A DNA stretch of 56,353 nucleotides from Lachnospiraceae bacterium (lineage in GTDB: Bacteria; Bacillota; Clostridia; Lachnospirales; Lachnospiraceae): NCBI GenBank assembly GCA_045640845.1, contig JAZUFV010000079.1:1-56353 (forward strand), read 5' to 3'. Every line of letters starts with the position of its first letter. Within the stretch, counting starts at the first letter, position 1. This document shows, piece by piece, positions 26,617-34,963 of the stretch. Below the pieces are notes generated by a model. That model searched no databases and was not told where the DNA came from. It saw only the letters and a list, made by a program, of their open reading frames with translations. A program made the position numbers and the translations under genes.

Positions 26617-27681
26617 ATGGAATTATTTTCAGTAATGACTGAAAAAATGAATATGCTATTTATGGATATAATTGCTTCCCTAGGTCAATTGCCATTGGAA
26701 CAGCGAGAATTTATATTCGGCTATGAGGGTGAAGAAGATATGACCTGGGTCCTTGCAGTGGCTGAATATATCACCTTTGAGTATATCAAGTATTCCTTTG
26801 ATTACACTGACCCAGAATATCCATTACGTTATTTTCTTAATAATGCGGATGATAGTGAACGTATGGTTCAGTCACGCACAATGCAGTATATATTAAAATA
26901 TAAGAAGCGTGAACTTACTGCAAACGGAAACTCAGTTCCCGAGGGACATAAATTTGCAGATACAGACATGGATACCATAGGCAAGAAACTCAGAGGGCAC
27001 CGGCTGACAGAAATGAATTATTATGAGCATCAGAATGTCCATGACCTTGAAATAATAAAGTCTATAGTTGAACGGAGAATAGTCAGTTCAAAAAAAGTAT
27101 CAAATGAACATTTTCGAGAGATGTTTGAACAGTATGATTCAGTTGTAGAAATGCTGGTAGAACGCTCTAAGGTCAGTGATGAAGATATGATATTTGCGTC
27201 TTTGGCATTATTTACATTGGAGTGGCATTATCCAATTGAGACTTTCTACTGTCTGTCATGTCTAATGGAAAAAGAAGGCATTGATACTATCGACAGAGAA
27301 ACACTTATCCTTATTTGCGGACTGGTCAAAATAGAATCAAGATTTGGTGGTTGGTACGCAACAGACAGCCGTATGGTTAAGGAGCGGCTACTGATTTTAC
27401 CGTATTTATTTGGCAAGGACACAAATCCGCTTGGACGCGAAACAATGAAGGATCTGGTAAAAGAAATTCTTGTTTTAGGAATTCAATATAAAGAACTAAT
27501 GAGAATCGACGATGATAATACTTATAAGGAATGGTTTAGAAAAGAGTCTTCCATGGAAGACAGAGCTTCATTTTTAAGGAGCTATGATATCTTCGCAATA
27601 TGGCAGAAGAAAGAATGGACACGAAAAAGAATACAAAACATGAGGTATTTGTTTGATCTGACTTTGGCTCAAAAATTATAA
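26617..27681 (+). CDS. Hypothetical protein (354 aa), first gene of the AT-rich islet
   Basis: Long ORF in an AT-rich block with a weak GGTGA RBS. No motif I can recognise, no signal peptide and no TM segment. Confidence 0.6.
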   Translation: MELFSVMTEKMNMLFMDIIASLGQLPLEQREFIFGYEGEEDMTWVLAVAEYITFEYIKYSFDYTDPEYPLRYFLNNADDSERMVQSRTMQYILKYKKRELTANGNSVPEGHKFADTDMDTIGKKLRGHRLTEMNYYEHQNVHDLEIIKSIVERRIVSSKKVSNEHFREMFEQYDSVVEMLVERSKVSDEDMIFASLALFTLEWHYPIETFYCLSCLMEKEGIDTIDRETLILICGLVKIESRFGGWYATDSRMVKERLLILPYLFGKDTNPLGRETMKDLVKEILVLGIQYKELMRIDDDNTYKEWFRKESSMEDRASFLRSYDIFAIWQKKEWTRKRIQNMRYLFDLTLAQKL

Positions 27682-27794
27682 AATCCCGAAAATCGTTCTT
27701 AATAGCCTTGGCATTAATAATGCTAATTTTATTGCAGAAAGATTAAGCGCTTATTTCTTTCAAATAAAAACATATTTGAAAGGAGAATTAGTAA

Positions 27795-28457
27795 ATGGCC
27801 AAGGTAAACAGTTTAAGAGGCGGCTGTATTGATGTGTTCCATGCATCCATCCTAAAAACGGCAACATACGAGGGGAAATATGAATTTCCAGTAATCCGTG
27901 AAGAGCATACGGTTCCAAGCCGCCTAATCCCTTTTTCCAGGGCAATGCAGGAGAAAAAAGATTATCGGCAATGGGTCTGCTTTTATGAAGATGATTTTCA
28001 ATTTGAAAGAATCTGGAATAATCCGACAAAATATGTTGCACAGTTGTCCAAGTTCGATGGAGTAATTTCACCAGATTTTAGTGTTTATTACGACATGCCG
28101 CTATCAATGCAAATATGGAACATATTCAGAAGCAGGGCTATAGGGGCATGGTTGCAGTCCCAAGAAATAAAAGTAATACCAAATATCAGGTTTGGAGATG
28201 AAAGAACATTTGAATGTTGCTGTGAAGGAATAGCACAACATAGCATTATTTCGATAGGTTCGCTTGGGTGCATAAGGGCAAAAACTTATAGAGAAATCTT
28301 TGTAAAAGGGATAGAATATGTCGCAAAAAGGCTTGAACCAGAAATAATAGTACTGTACGGACCTGAACCAAGGAATATCGCAGAACTGAAGAATAGTGGT
28401 ATTAATTTGATAACTGTTAAGCCATTATTTTTCCACCGTAAGGAGGTGAAGAAATAA
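27795..28457 (+). CDS. DUF4417-like protein (220 aa)
   Basis: RBS AAAGGAGAATTAGTAA-ATG. From memory, the pattern ...IPFSRA...WVCFYEDDFQFERIWNNP.KY...LSKFDGVISPDFSVYYDMPLSMQIWNIFRSRAIGAWLQ..IKVIPNIRF resembles Pfam DUF4417. This needs HMM confirmation. Confidence 0.6.
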   Translation: MAKVNSLRGGCIDVFHASILKTATYEGKYEFPVIREEHTVPSRLIPFSRAMQEKKDYRQWVCFYEDDFQFERIWNNPTKYVAQLSKFDGVISPDFSVYYDMPLSMQIWNIFRSRAIGAWLQSQEIKVIPNIRFGDERTFECCCEGIAQHSIISIGSLGCIRAKTYREIFVKGIEYVAKRLEPEIIVLYGPEPRNIAELKNSGINLITVKPLFFHRKEVKK

Positions 28458-28927
28458 TGGGCGGAGGATTTCATGGTGGTTTCGGCAGAACAAAAGGGAG
28501 CCTTGACGGAGCCGCTCCGGGCACAGTAAAACTAGTTGGTTATAGACCTGGGGATAATTTTGGAAAATTTGCCCTTCGGGCAAAACCGTTAGCAGGATAT
28601 ACAGATGTGATTATTCATGGCAATCCTGATACAGATAAAGTTTCAGTATTTCATAATGGAAAATGGCAAGACATAGACCAACGCCGTCTTGCAACTTATG
28701 TCAGACATGATATTGGATATAAATCCGGGCCGATAAGATTAATATCCTGCAGTGCTGGGGAAAAGGAGTTTGCTCAAAATTTTGCGAATAAAATGGGAGT
28801 TAAAGTGATTGCTCCTTCGGACACAGTATGGGCTCATCCAAGCGGAAAGCTGACAATTGGACCCAAATCGTATATTGATAACGGACATTGGAACGAATTT
28901 AATCCAAGGAAAGGAACTAAAAAATGA
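28457..28927 (+). CDS. Hypothetical basic protein (156 aa): Gly-rich N-terminus, His...Cys arrangement; candidate toxin/effector
   Basis: Its ATG overlaps the upstream stop (TAATG). MGGGFHGGFGRTKGS..., then DVIIHGNPD ... IRLISCSAGEKEFAQNFANKMGVKVIAPSDTVW. K/R/H-rich. Confidence 0.55.
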   Translation: MGGGFHGGFGRTKGSLDGAAPGTVKLVGYRPGDNFGKFALRAKPLAGYTDVIIHGNPDTDKVSVFHNGKWQDIDQRRLATYVRHDIGYKSGPIRLISCSAGEKEFAQNFANKMGVKVIAPSDTVWAHPSGKLTIGPKSYIDNGHWNEFNPRKGTKK

Positions 28928-29289
28928 TTTTAAAACGACAAGGATATTATAAAGAAATGCCACACGGTGATGCAAATGATCCATCAATTATGGACGTGCT
29001 TAATAAAAATAACGCTGATAAAAATGCCATTTGCAGATATCTTCAGAGCGGTTATGTATTAGCTGCCTGTGGAAGTGTTGTGAAGGATGTTGTCTGTCCA
29101 GATGAAGGAGTCATTGGTGCTCCGGACGAAATTACAGATGGAGTCTGGATTTGGCCAGCTGATCTTGCATACTATGTTGAAAAGTATAACATAAAGTTAG
29201 ACGAGGCCTTTATTAGACACATGTCTGAAAATTCATGGAGAATTCCTGCAGATTTAGAAATCGATGAAGATGATATTGAGGTTATTTAA
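28924..29289 (+). CDS. Hypothetical acidic protein (121 aa); candidate cognate immunity/partner
   Basis: Its start overlaps the upstream stop (ATGA). D/E-rich (ADLEIDEDDIEVI), with the motif TDGVWIWPADLAYYVEKYNIKLDEAFIRHM. Confidence 0.55.
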   Translation: MILKRQGYYKEMPHGDANDPSIMDVLNKNNADKNAICRYLQSGYVLAACGSVVKDVVCPDEGVIGAPDEITDGVWIWPADLAYYVEKYNIKLDEAFIRHMSENSWRIPADLEIDEDDIEVI

Positions 29290-29420
29290 TATCGATATTA
29301 TTTGGCATTATTTCCTGATATGGATGGTTAGCAAGCTTTACTAAACCCAAGAGGCTATCTGAATCAAACTCTTTTTAAATTATAGTTTTTTCGGGTTTTT
29401 CAGGACCATCATGGCCTTCG

Positions 29421-29546
29421 AATCCGGTTGTTGGGAACAGGTAAATCTGAAAGTGTAAATCAAATCCGGTTGTCGGGTACTATTACTACCCGACAACCGG
29501 ATTTGGATGACATAATAGCAGGGAATCGTACCCGACAATCGAAATT
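29421..29546. repeat. Nested inverted-repeat cluster (four copies of AATCCGGTTGTCGGGTA), including a perfect 18-bp-arm palindrome
   Basis: Copy 1 is at 29421-29436 (aatccggttgttggga). Copy 2 (29462-29479) and its perfect complement (29487-29504) are separated by a 7-nt loop. Copy 4, inverted, is at 29529-29546 (tacccgacaatcgaaatt). Confidence 0.85.
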
Positions 29547-29562
29547 AGTATGCAAAAAGCAG

Positions 29563-30630
29563 TCAGTTTTTTTTATGCTTTATTAAACCTTTTCGGATCA
29601 CACAGCCCAGATAAACCAGCCCGGCATATCCTATGAGAGGGTATACGGTTCCGAGCAGTTTGCTGAAAGAAAAAAGGCTTATGACATAACCGAAAACAGC
29701 CACGCCGATTGCCGTCAGGGTATTCTTGTGCGTTTTTGCCGTAAGGTTTTTGCAGACAGACCACATCATTACCGAACATGATGAAAAGATTCCGAGCACC
29801 AGCATGACGGAAAAGACAGCTCCGAAAATACCGGAGATGCGCTGAGCAAGATAAAGTACCGGGATATCCAGCCCCGCTATGGAGTTTCCGTTCAGCATTA
29901 TGGATGTGCTCATGATGACGATAGAAAGAAGCACTATGATTCCCCCGCAAGCGGCGCCCCACTTCAGTTCCTTGCGCGAATCCGCCGAAGCACCCAGCTG
30001 GGTAAAATATGTGCTCCCCGGGAAAAAGTTAAGTCCCAGATACAGCAGGCCGCTGAGCCACCACAAAGGGGCGGCCCTGAAAGGCTCAAGCGCTTCTGCA
30101 TAAACGGGAACAGCCTCCCAGCTGCCCCAGCTTTGTATCAGACTTATTATGCCTACTGCCAGAGAAAAAAGGATAATGACAGGACCTAATTTGGAAATGA
30201 TGCCGACCATTTTTTCAAAGCCGATCAGATAAACAGCCAGAACGGCTGCCGCAAGAACTGCGGATCCGATGGGCTTGGGTATACTATAGTACTCATTCAG
30301 TGTGGCACCGCCGCCTGAAAAAAGCACAGGGATAAGCAAAAGAAGAGTTACCGTGATCAGCCATGAGTAGCCGGTTCCCAGCACCTTTCCGCAAAAGAAC
30401 CTGAAATGGTCAAAGCATGCGTCGTTCTTATTTTCAAAACCGGCCCGCATAAGCAGGTAGCCTAACAGAATAAAGCCGGCCAGATTTATTCCCACCACGG
30501 CATAGCTCATCCAGCCATAGCTTGAGAAAAACTGCAGCACTTCCTGTCCGGTGGCAAAACCCGAACCTATTACCCAGGCAATATATGCCCCGGCTATTTT
30601 TATGACCTTCAGAGGATTTGCTTTTGGCAT
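29563..30630 (-). CDS. YkvI-family membrane protein (putative transporter)
   Basis: N-terminal IAGAYIAWVIGSGFATGQEVLQFFSSYG is characteristic of this family. About 11 hydrophobic segments. Confidence 0.8.
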   Translation of the reverse strand: MPKANPLKVIKIAGAYIAWVIGSGFATGQEVLQFFSSYGWMSYAVVGINLAGFILLGYLLMRAGFENKNDACFDHFRFFCGKVLGTGYSWLITVTLLLLIPVLFSGGGATLNEYYSIPKPIGSAVLAAAVLAVYLIGFEKMVGIISKLGPVIILFSLAVGIISLIQSWGSWEAVPVYAEALEPFRAAPLWWLSGLLYLGLNFFPGSTYFTQLGASADSRKELKWGAACGGIIVLLSIVIMSTSIMLNGNSIAGLDIPVLYLAQRISGIFGAVFSVMLVLGIFSSCSVMMWSVCKNLTAKTHKNTLTAIGVAVFGYVISLFSFSKLLGTVYPLIGYAGLVYLGCVIRKGLIKHKKN

Positions 30631-30785
30631 GGTTTATTACTTAAAACTCTCCTTTATGCGGCTGCATCTATGCACTGTCATATATAATAATAAAAAACGC
30701 GCGGCTCTGCCAATGGTAAATTGCGCAAAAGATAAATCAGCGATATACTGAAAAAAGATTCTATGTTAAACGGAGGAGGCAGTTT

Positions 30786-31406
30786 ATGGATAAAACAGCT
30801 ATGTATGCACTGAGTTACGGCGTTTTTATGCTGGCAGCAAAGTCAGGGGATAAAACAAACGGATGCATTACAAACACTTGTATTCAGGTTGCAAACAGCC
30901 CTGCAAGAGTTGCGATATCTGTGATAAATTCCAATTACACCTGCGATCTGATCAAGGAAAGCGGGGAATGTACGCTCAGCATTCTGGATGAGAGCATAAC
31001 TTTTGAAACAATCAAACACTTCGGCATGCAGTCAGGCAGAGATGTTGACAAGATGTCAGATATCCCTTTCCCGAGCGATGAACGAGGAATCCCTTATATG
31101 GGATGGGGTGCGTGCGCTGTGCTTAGTCTGAAAGTTGCAGAAAGCATGGATCTGGGAAGCCACACATTATTTATTGCGGAAGTAGCAGATGCAAAAGTAT
31201 TAAGTGATGAAAAGCCGATAACTTATGCATATTATCAGAGCAATATCAAGCCAAAGCCGGAAGCTGTAAATAAGGAAAAAAAGATTGTCGGCTGGAAATG
31301 CAGGATATGCGGTTACATCTATGAAGGACCAACGCTGCCGGCAGAATTTGTCTGCCCGCTTTGCGGCCATGATGCAGGCGATTTTGAACCTGTATATGAA
31401 TTTTAA
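30786..31406 (+). CDS. Flavin reductase-like domain fused to rubredoxin (high-molecular-weight rubredoxin type)
   Basis: The N-terminal 160 aa are flavin-reductase-like. The C-terminus reads WKCRICGYIYEG...FVCPLCGHDAGDFEPV (two CxxC rubredoxin knuckles). RBS GGAGGAGG. Confidence 0.85.
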   Translation: MDKTAMYALSYGVFMLAAKSGDKTNGCITNTCIQVANSPARVAISVINSNYTCDLIKESGECTLSILDESITFETIKHFGMQSGRDVDKMSDIPFPSDERGIPYMGWGACAVLSLKVAESMDLGSHTLFIAEVADAKVLSDEKPITYAYYQSNIKPKPEAVNKEKKIVGWKCRICGYIYEGPTLPAEFVCPLCGHDAGDFEPVYEF

Positions 31407-31416
31407 ATTTTCTCAC

Positions 31417-31450
31417 GGGGCGGCATGAGAATGCTGCCCCTTATTTTTTT
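31417..31450 (+). terminator. Rho-independent terminator
   Basis: ggggcggcat-gaga-atgctgcccc followed by TTATTTTTTT. The T-tract overlaps the stop codon of the convergent esterase gene. Confidence 0.8.
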
Positions 31451-32283
31451 GCAAATGCTTCTATGGCGTCCAGGGCAGCCTGCTCGGCTGCAGGATCCTT
31501 ATCATAAAGAATTGAATGTGTTCCCGTCGGAACAGACAGGATATTGGCGCTGTTTCCCAGAGCTTCTTTAAGCATGGCCACGGATGGCTCGGAAATCACA
31601 TGATCCAGCATCGGATAAATGATCAGATGCTCATGCGGATGCTCTGTAAGGACTTTGAAGCTGTCCTTCATCAGCTTGTAATATTCAAGAAGCTGTTTGG
31701 TGAAGAACCACTTCCAGTATTCCTGGCCGAGGTACTCCTCATCGCACGGAGCATTCTCATAATGCTGATGGTATTTTTTGCTGAGATGCCATTTGCAGCG
31801 GACTTTTGGTATTGCAAATGAAAGGATTTTCAGGATGATCCTTGCCGGCTGGCGCATCTGGAGATTTTCAAAGCTCGGCGAAACATAAACAAGCTTCCCG
31901 ATCTGCTCATCACCGCAGCCCAGAAGAGCGGCAATGGATGATCCCATAGAATGCCCCAAGAGATGCACTTTTGTATATTTCTGCTTCAGATAAGCGATGG
32001 CATTTTCAGAAAGAGTAAGCCAGTCAGAAGCATGGGAAGCGATAAAATCCTTTCCGCATGTTCCGTGACCGGGAAGCCTCGGCACGTAAACATCAAAACC
32101 CGCCTCATAAAGCAGCTGCGCCGGGCTTACCATTTCTCCCGGATAACCGCGGTATCCGTGGATCAGCAGCCAGCACTCTGCCGGTTTTTCTTCGTGCAGC
32201 AAAGAAAAAGGACGTGCCGCACTGCAGCATTCCTTTTTATCTGAGTAACAATTTTCATACCATTCTTCAGGCACAGAATACAT
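31441..32283 (-). CDS. Alpha/beta-hydrolase (carboxylesterase/monoacylglycerol-lipase-like)
   Basis: Nucleophile elbow LLGHSMGSSIA and the upstream oxyanion region LLIHGYRG. 280 aa. Confidence 0.85.
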   Translation of the reverse strand: MYSVPEEWYENCYSDKKECCSAARPFSLLHEEKPAECWLLIHGYRGYPGEMVSPAQLLYEAGFDVYVPRLPGHGTCGKDFIASHASDWLTLSENAIAYLKQKYTKVHLLGHSMGSSIAALLGCGDEQIGKLVYVSPSFENLQMRQPARIILKILSFAIPKVRCKWHLSKKYHQHYENAPCDEEYLGQEYWKWFFTKQLLEYYKLMKDSFKVLTEHPHEHLIIYPMLDHVISEPSVAMLKEALGNSANILSVPTGTHSILYDKDPAAEQAALDAIEAFAKK

Positions 32284-32400
32284 TGTGATTGTATCCCTCC
32301 CTTTTCGTTTTAATGGCGTGGAAGATTGTCCACGCCACTTTCATACATTTTATAGAATTCTTTAATTTCCGTCAATCAATACAGGAAATGCTTAAGATGA

Positions 32401-32763
32401 TCAGAAATCACTGTCGCAATACTCACAGTGATGCCCTTTCACCCTGGCACCGCAGTGAGGACATATCACTGTCATGTTTGCCTCTGCACGAAGTTTCTCT
32501 GCCTCGGCATCAAGTCTGGCCTTCTCATTTTCCAGATGCTGCCTTGCATTCTGCTTCTGCTGTTCCTCAAATGACTGAGTTTCCTGATCTTCTGCTTTGT
32601 ATTTTTTAGCTGCCCTTGCATATGAAAAAATCAGTCCCAGACCGACTGCTATAAATGCCGCGCATACGATTACATAAGCGCCGCTTTCGCCGGCAGTGTT
32701 GCAGATACCGACAACGCCGATGACCTCAAGAATTATTCCCCAGATGAGTTTTGTCTTTTTCAT
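32401..32763 (-). CDS. Small membrane protein with a C-terminal zinc-ribbon
   Basis: Two N-terminal hydrophobic helices, a charged coiled-coil-like segment (QKQNARQHLENEKARLDAEAEKLRAEA), then CPHCGARVKGHHCEYC. RBS AAGGGGA. Confidence 0.55.
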   Translation of the reverse strand: MKKTKLIWGIILEVIGVVGICNTAGESGAYVIVCAAFIAVGLGLIFSYARAAKKYKAEDQETQSFEEQQKQNARQHLENEKARLDAEAEKLRAEANMTVICPHCGARVKGHHCEYCDSDF

Positions 32764-32885
32764 TTTATATCCCCTTGGTTTCAGGCTTCAGAAAGCCTGG
32801 CTTCCTTAGGCAGAATGTTAACACATGCAGAGACTTTGGTCAATTCACGCATTCCTGTAAAAGAGCTGCCGGGAGGAGGATAGAT

Positions 32886-33533
32886 TTATTTCCTGCGAAG
32901 GAAATCCTGATTTATTTCATCGTTCCAGTCATCATTGACGCGGCCGCAGTCTCTTACGCAGGCAGCCATTTTGGAAATGTTTTTATAAACAACATGCGTG
33001 CCGATTTTATCTGAATGATAGTTGACCGCACGGTCTTCGCGGATACCATATTGCTTTGCTGTCTCAACTGCATCAATGTTGGCGCCTACAAAGATGAACT
33101 CCCATCCGTACTTCTCGCGCTGGCGCTCAATCATCTTCTTCACATCATCGCTGGAATATTTTCTGCTTGAGTTTTCCATTCCGTCAGTGGTGATGACAAA
33201 GATCGTATTTGCAGGGACATCTTCCGGTCTTGCATACTTGTGGACGATTCCGATATGGTGGATGGCATCGCCAATAGCGTCGATCAGAGCTGTGCATCCG
33301 TTTGGACGGTAGTCCTTATGTGTCATTTCAGGAACGTCTTTGATCTCAATCCTGTCATGGATCACCTTTGAATGGTCACTGAAAAGCACTGTTGATACAA
33401 TGCAGGTTCCTTCTTTTTCCTTCTGTTCATTGATCATGCTGTTGAAGCCGCCGATGGTATCATCAGTAAGGCCGCACATTGATCCGCTCCTGTCCAGTAT
33501 GAATATCATTTCAGTAATATTATTCTTTTCCAT
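32886..33533 (-). CDS. Cytoplasmic von Willebrand factor A (vWA) domain protein
   Basis: MIDAS motif ILDRSGSM ... T ... ITTDGMEN. No signal peptide. RBS AGGAGGAATCAAA-ATG. Confidence 0.8.
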   Translation of the reverse strand: MEKNNITEMIFILDRSGSMCGLTDDTIGGFNSMINEQKEKEGTCIVSTVLFSDHSKVIHDRIEIKDVPEMTHKDYRPNGCTALIDAIGDAIHHIGIVHKYARPEDVPANTIFVITTDGMENSSRKYSSDDVKKMIERQREKYGWEFIFVGANIDAVETAKQYGIREDRAVNYHSDKIGTHVVYKNISKMAACVRDCGRVNDDWNDEINQDFLRRK

Positions 33534-33547
33534 TTTGATTCCTCCTG

Positions 33548-33582
33548 TAAAAAAATGTGGCTGTTTTTGTTTACAGCCACAT
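33548..33582 (-). terminator. Strong rho-independent terminator directly abutting the vWA gene RBS
   Basis: On the minus strand: atgtggctgt-aaacaaaa-acagccacat (perfect 10 bp), then TTTTTTT, running straight into ACAGGAGGAATCAAAATG. Confidence 0.8.
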
Positions 33583-33626
33583 CATACGGAAAAACGGAAT
33601 CAAAAAGGTCGCCCGGCAGGGGACTT

Positions 33627-34679
33627 TTAATTTGTCCCCAAAAGCTTCTGGTCCTTATCAAACAGGACATTGTTTATTTCAAAGATATCGTAATTTCCTT
33701 CCTTAATAAAGTGCTCAACTATCACATCCAGAAGGAAACTTCTTGAGAGAGAGTATCCTGCCTTATCCAGAAGCTCACGCGTCTCTTCCAGATCAAGCTT
33801 CAGTGCAACGGCAAAAGCCAGCACAGTTGTTTTTTGAGGAATGATGGCCTTGTTGCATTTGATTTTTGAAAAGGTCTGCTTGCTGACATTTGCACGCTTG
33901 TATACTTCGGAATCTTTAAGGCCGGCCTCATCTATTTTCCGCAAAAGCATATCGCTGAAGCCTTCATCCACCTTATACGGCTCAAGATAGTCTGAAACCA
34001 CGGCTGCATAGGCAGGCGAAGATGCCTCCTTAGGACACGCCCCAACCCTGAAAGCATCAGCATCCGGCTCATCCTGCTCTGCGGCAGCCCTGCGCAGACT
34101 CCGGATAGCCCTTGGCTTTAAAAAGAAATTGCGGTTGACGCTTTCTCTGTGCGCGTCAACATAAGCATCATCGATGAACTGACTGATTTCTTTATCCAGG
34201 GAAGCGCTTATCTGAAAGGCTTTTTTATCATATACCACAAGGTATACGTACATTTCATTATCTTCAAGAAATGCCTTTATGCTTGCAGTTGCAACTTTTA
34301 GTGCCGTTTCTTTTGGACATCCGTAGGTACCGCTGGAGATAAGCGGGAATGCGATGGATTCACACTGCAGCTCTCCGGCCTGCCGCAGACAGGATTCATA
34401 GCATCTGCCCAGCAGGTATTCCGGGTTTTCATCCTCGCCCCATACAGGCGCGGATGTGTGGATTATATATTTTGCATTAAGCTTATAAGCGCCGGTCACT
34501 ACAGCATCTCCCGGTTTTAACGGAGCCAGCTTACTGCAGGCTTCATCAAGTTCAGGGCCGGCAGCTTTGTGTATGGCAAAGTCACTTCCGCCATCTGCGC
34601 GGTAAGCGGAGTTGGTGGAATTGACAATGGCATCAGCCCTGACTTTTGTTATGTCATTGCGGATTATTTCAAGCGGCAT
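33627..34679 (-). CDS. MacroD-type macro domain (ADP-ribose hydrolase-like) fused to a C-terminal XRE-type HTH domain
   Basis: ITKVRADAIVNSTNSAY..GGSDFAIHKAAGPEL...IIHTSAPVW...SIAFPLISSGTYGCP. The C-terminus reads EVYKRANVSKQTFSKIKCNKAIIPQKTTVLAFAVALKLDLEETRELL. RBS AAGGAGG. Confidence 0.85.
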   Translation of the reverse strand: MPLEIIRNDITKVRADAIVNSTNSAYRADGGSDFAIHKAAGPELDEACSKLAPLKPGDAVVTGAYKLNAKYIIHTSAPVWGEDENPEYLLGRCYESCLRQAGELQCESIAFPLISSGTYGCPKETALKVATASIKAFLEDNEMYVYLVVYDKKAFQISASLDKEISQFIDDAYVDAHRESVNRNFFLKPRAIRSLRRAAAEQDEPDADAFRVGACPKEASSPAYAAVVSDYLEPYKVDEGFSDMLLRKIDEAGLKDSEVYKRANVSKQTFSKIKCNKAIIPQKTTVLAFAVALKLDLEETRELLDKAGYSLSRSFLLDVIVEHFIKEGNYDIFEINNVLFDKDQKLLGTN

Positions 34680-34707
34680 ACGGCCGGCCTCCTTTCAGCA
34701 TGCAGAG

Positions 34708-34878
34708 TCATTCGCTCTTTTTCAGAAGCTGCTCCAGTGCCTCTGTCATAACCTGGGCTTTTGAACAGCCCAGAGCATCTGCGTATGCCTGAAGCCTTTT
34801 CATTGTGGCGTCATTCAGCCTTACCGTGATGCGCTCATCCTTTGGGTCATCTGATTTTGGTCTTCCCGGTTTTGCCAT
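34708..34878 (-). CDS. Ribbon-helix-helix (CopG/antitoxin-like) small protein, 56 aa; not in the ORF track
   Basis: Manual translation gives MAKPGRPKSDDPKDERITVRLNDATMKRLQAYADALGCSKAQVMTEALEQLLKKSE. It has GGAGG 8 nt upstream and ends 28 nt before the macro-domain gene. The beta-strand (ITVRL) plus two-helix pattern is typical of RHH proteins. Confidence 0.6.
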   Translation of the reverse strand: MAKPGRPKSDDPKDERITVRLNDATMKRLQAYADALGCSKAQVMTEALEQLLKKSE

Positions 34879-34902
34879 ATCATGCCTCCTTCAGTCTCTT
34901 CT

Positions 34903-34926
34903 GCAGACATTATAATTAATGTCTGC
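34903..34926 (-). promoter_or_regulatory. Palindromic operator overlapping a TATAAT -10 box upstream of the RHH gene
   Basis: gcagacatt-N6-aatgtctgc (perfect 9-bp arms). On the minus strand a TATAAT hexamer overlaps the central spacer and the adjacent arm, about 30 nt upstream of the ATG at 34878. Confidence 0.5.
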
Positions 34927-34963
34927 CGGAAATTCAAGACCGGAAGAAAATGCCCGGAAACCC

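Noticed and set aside
26206-29562. Classifying the AT-rich islet as a prophage remnant, ICE or transposon
   Set aside because: I found no integrase, recombinase, transposase, phage structural gene or flanking direct repeats. Only compositional evidence of foreign origin is visible.
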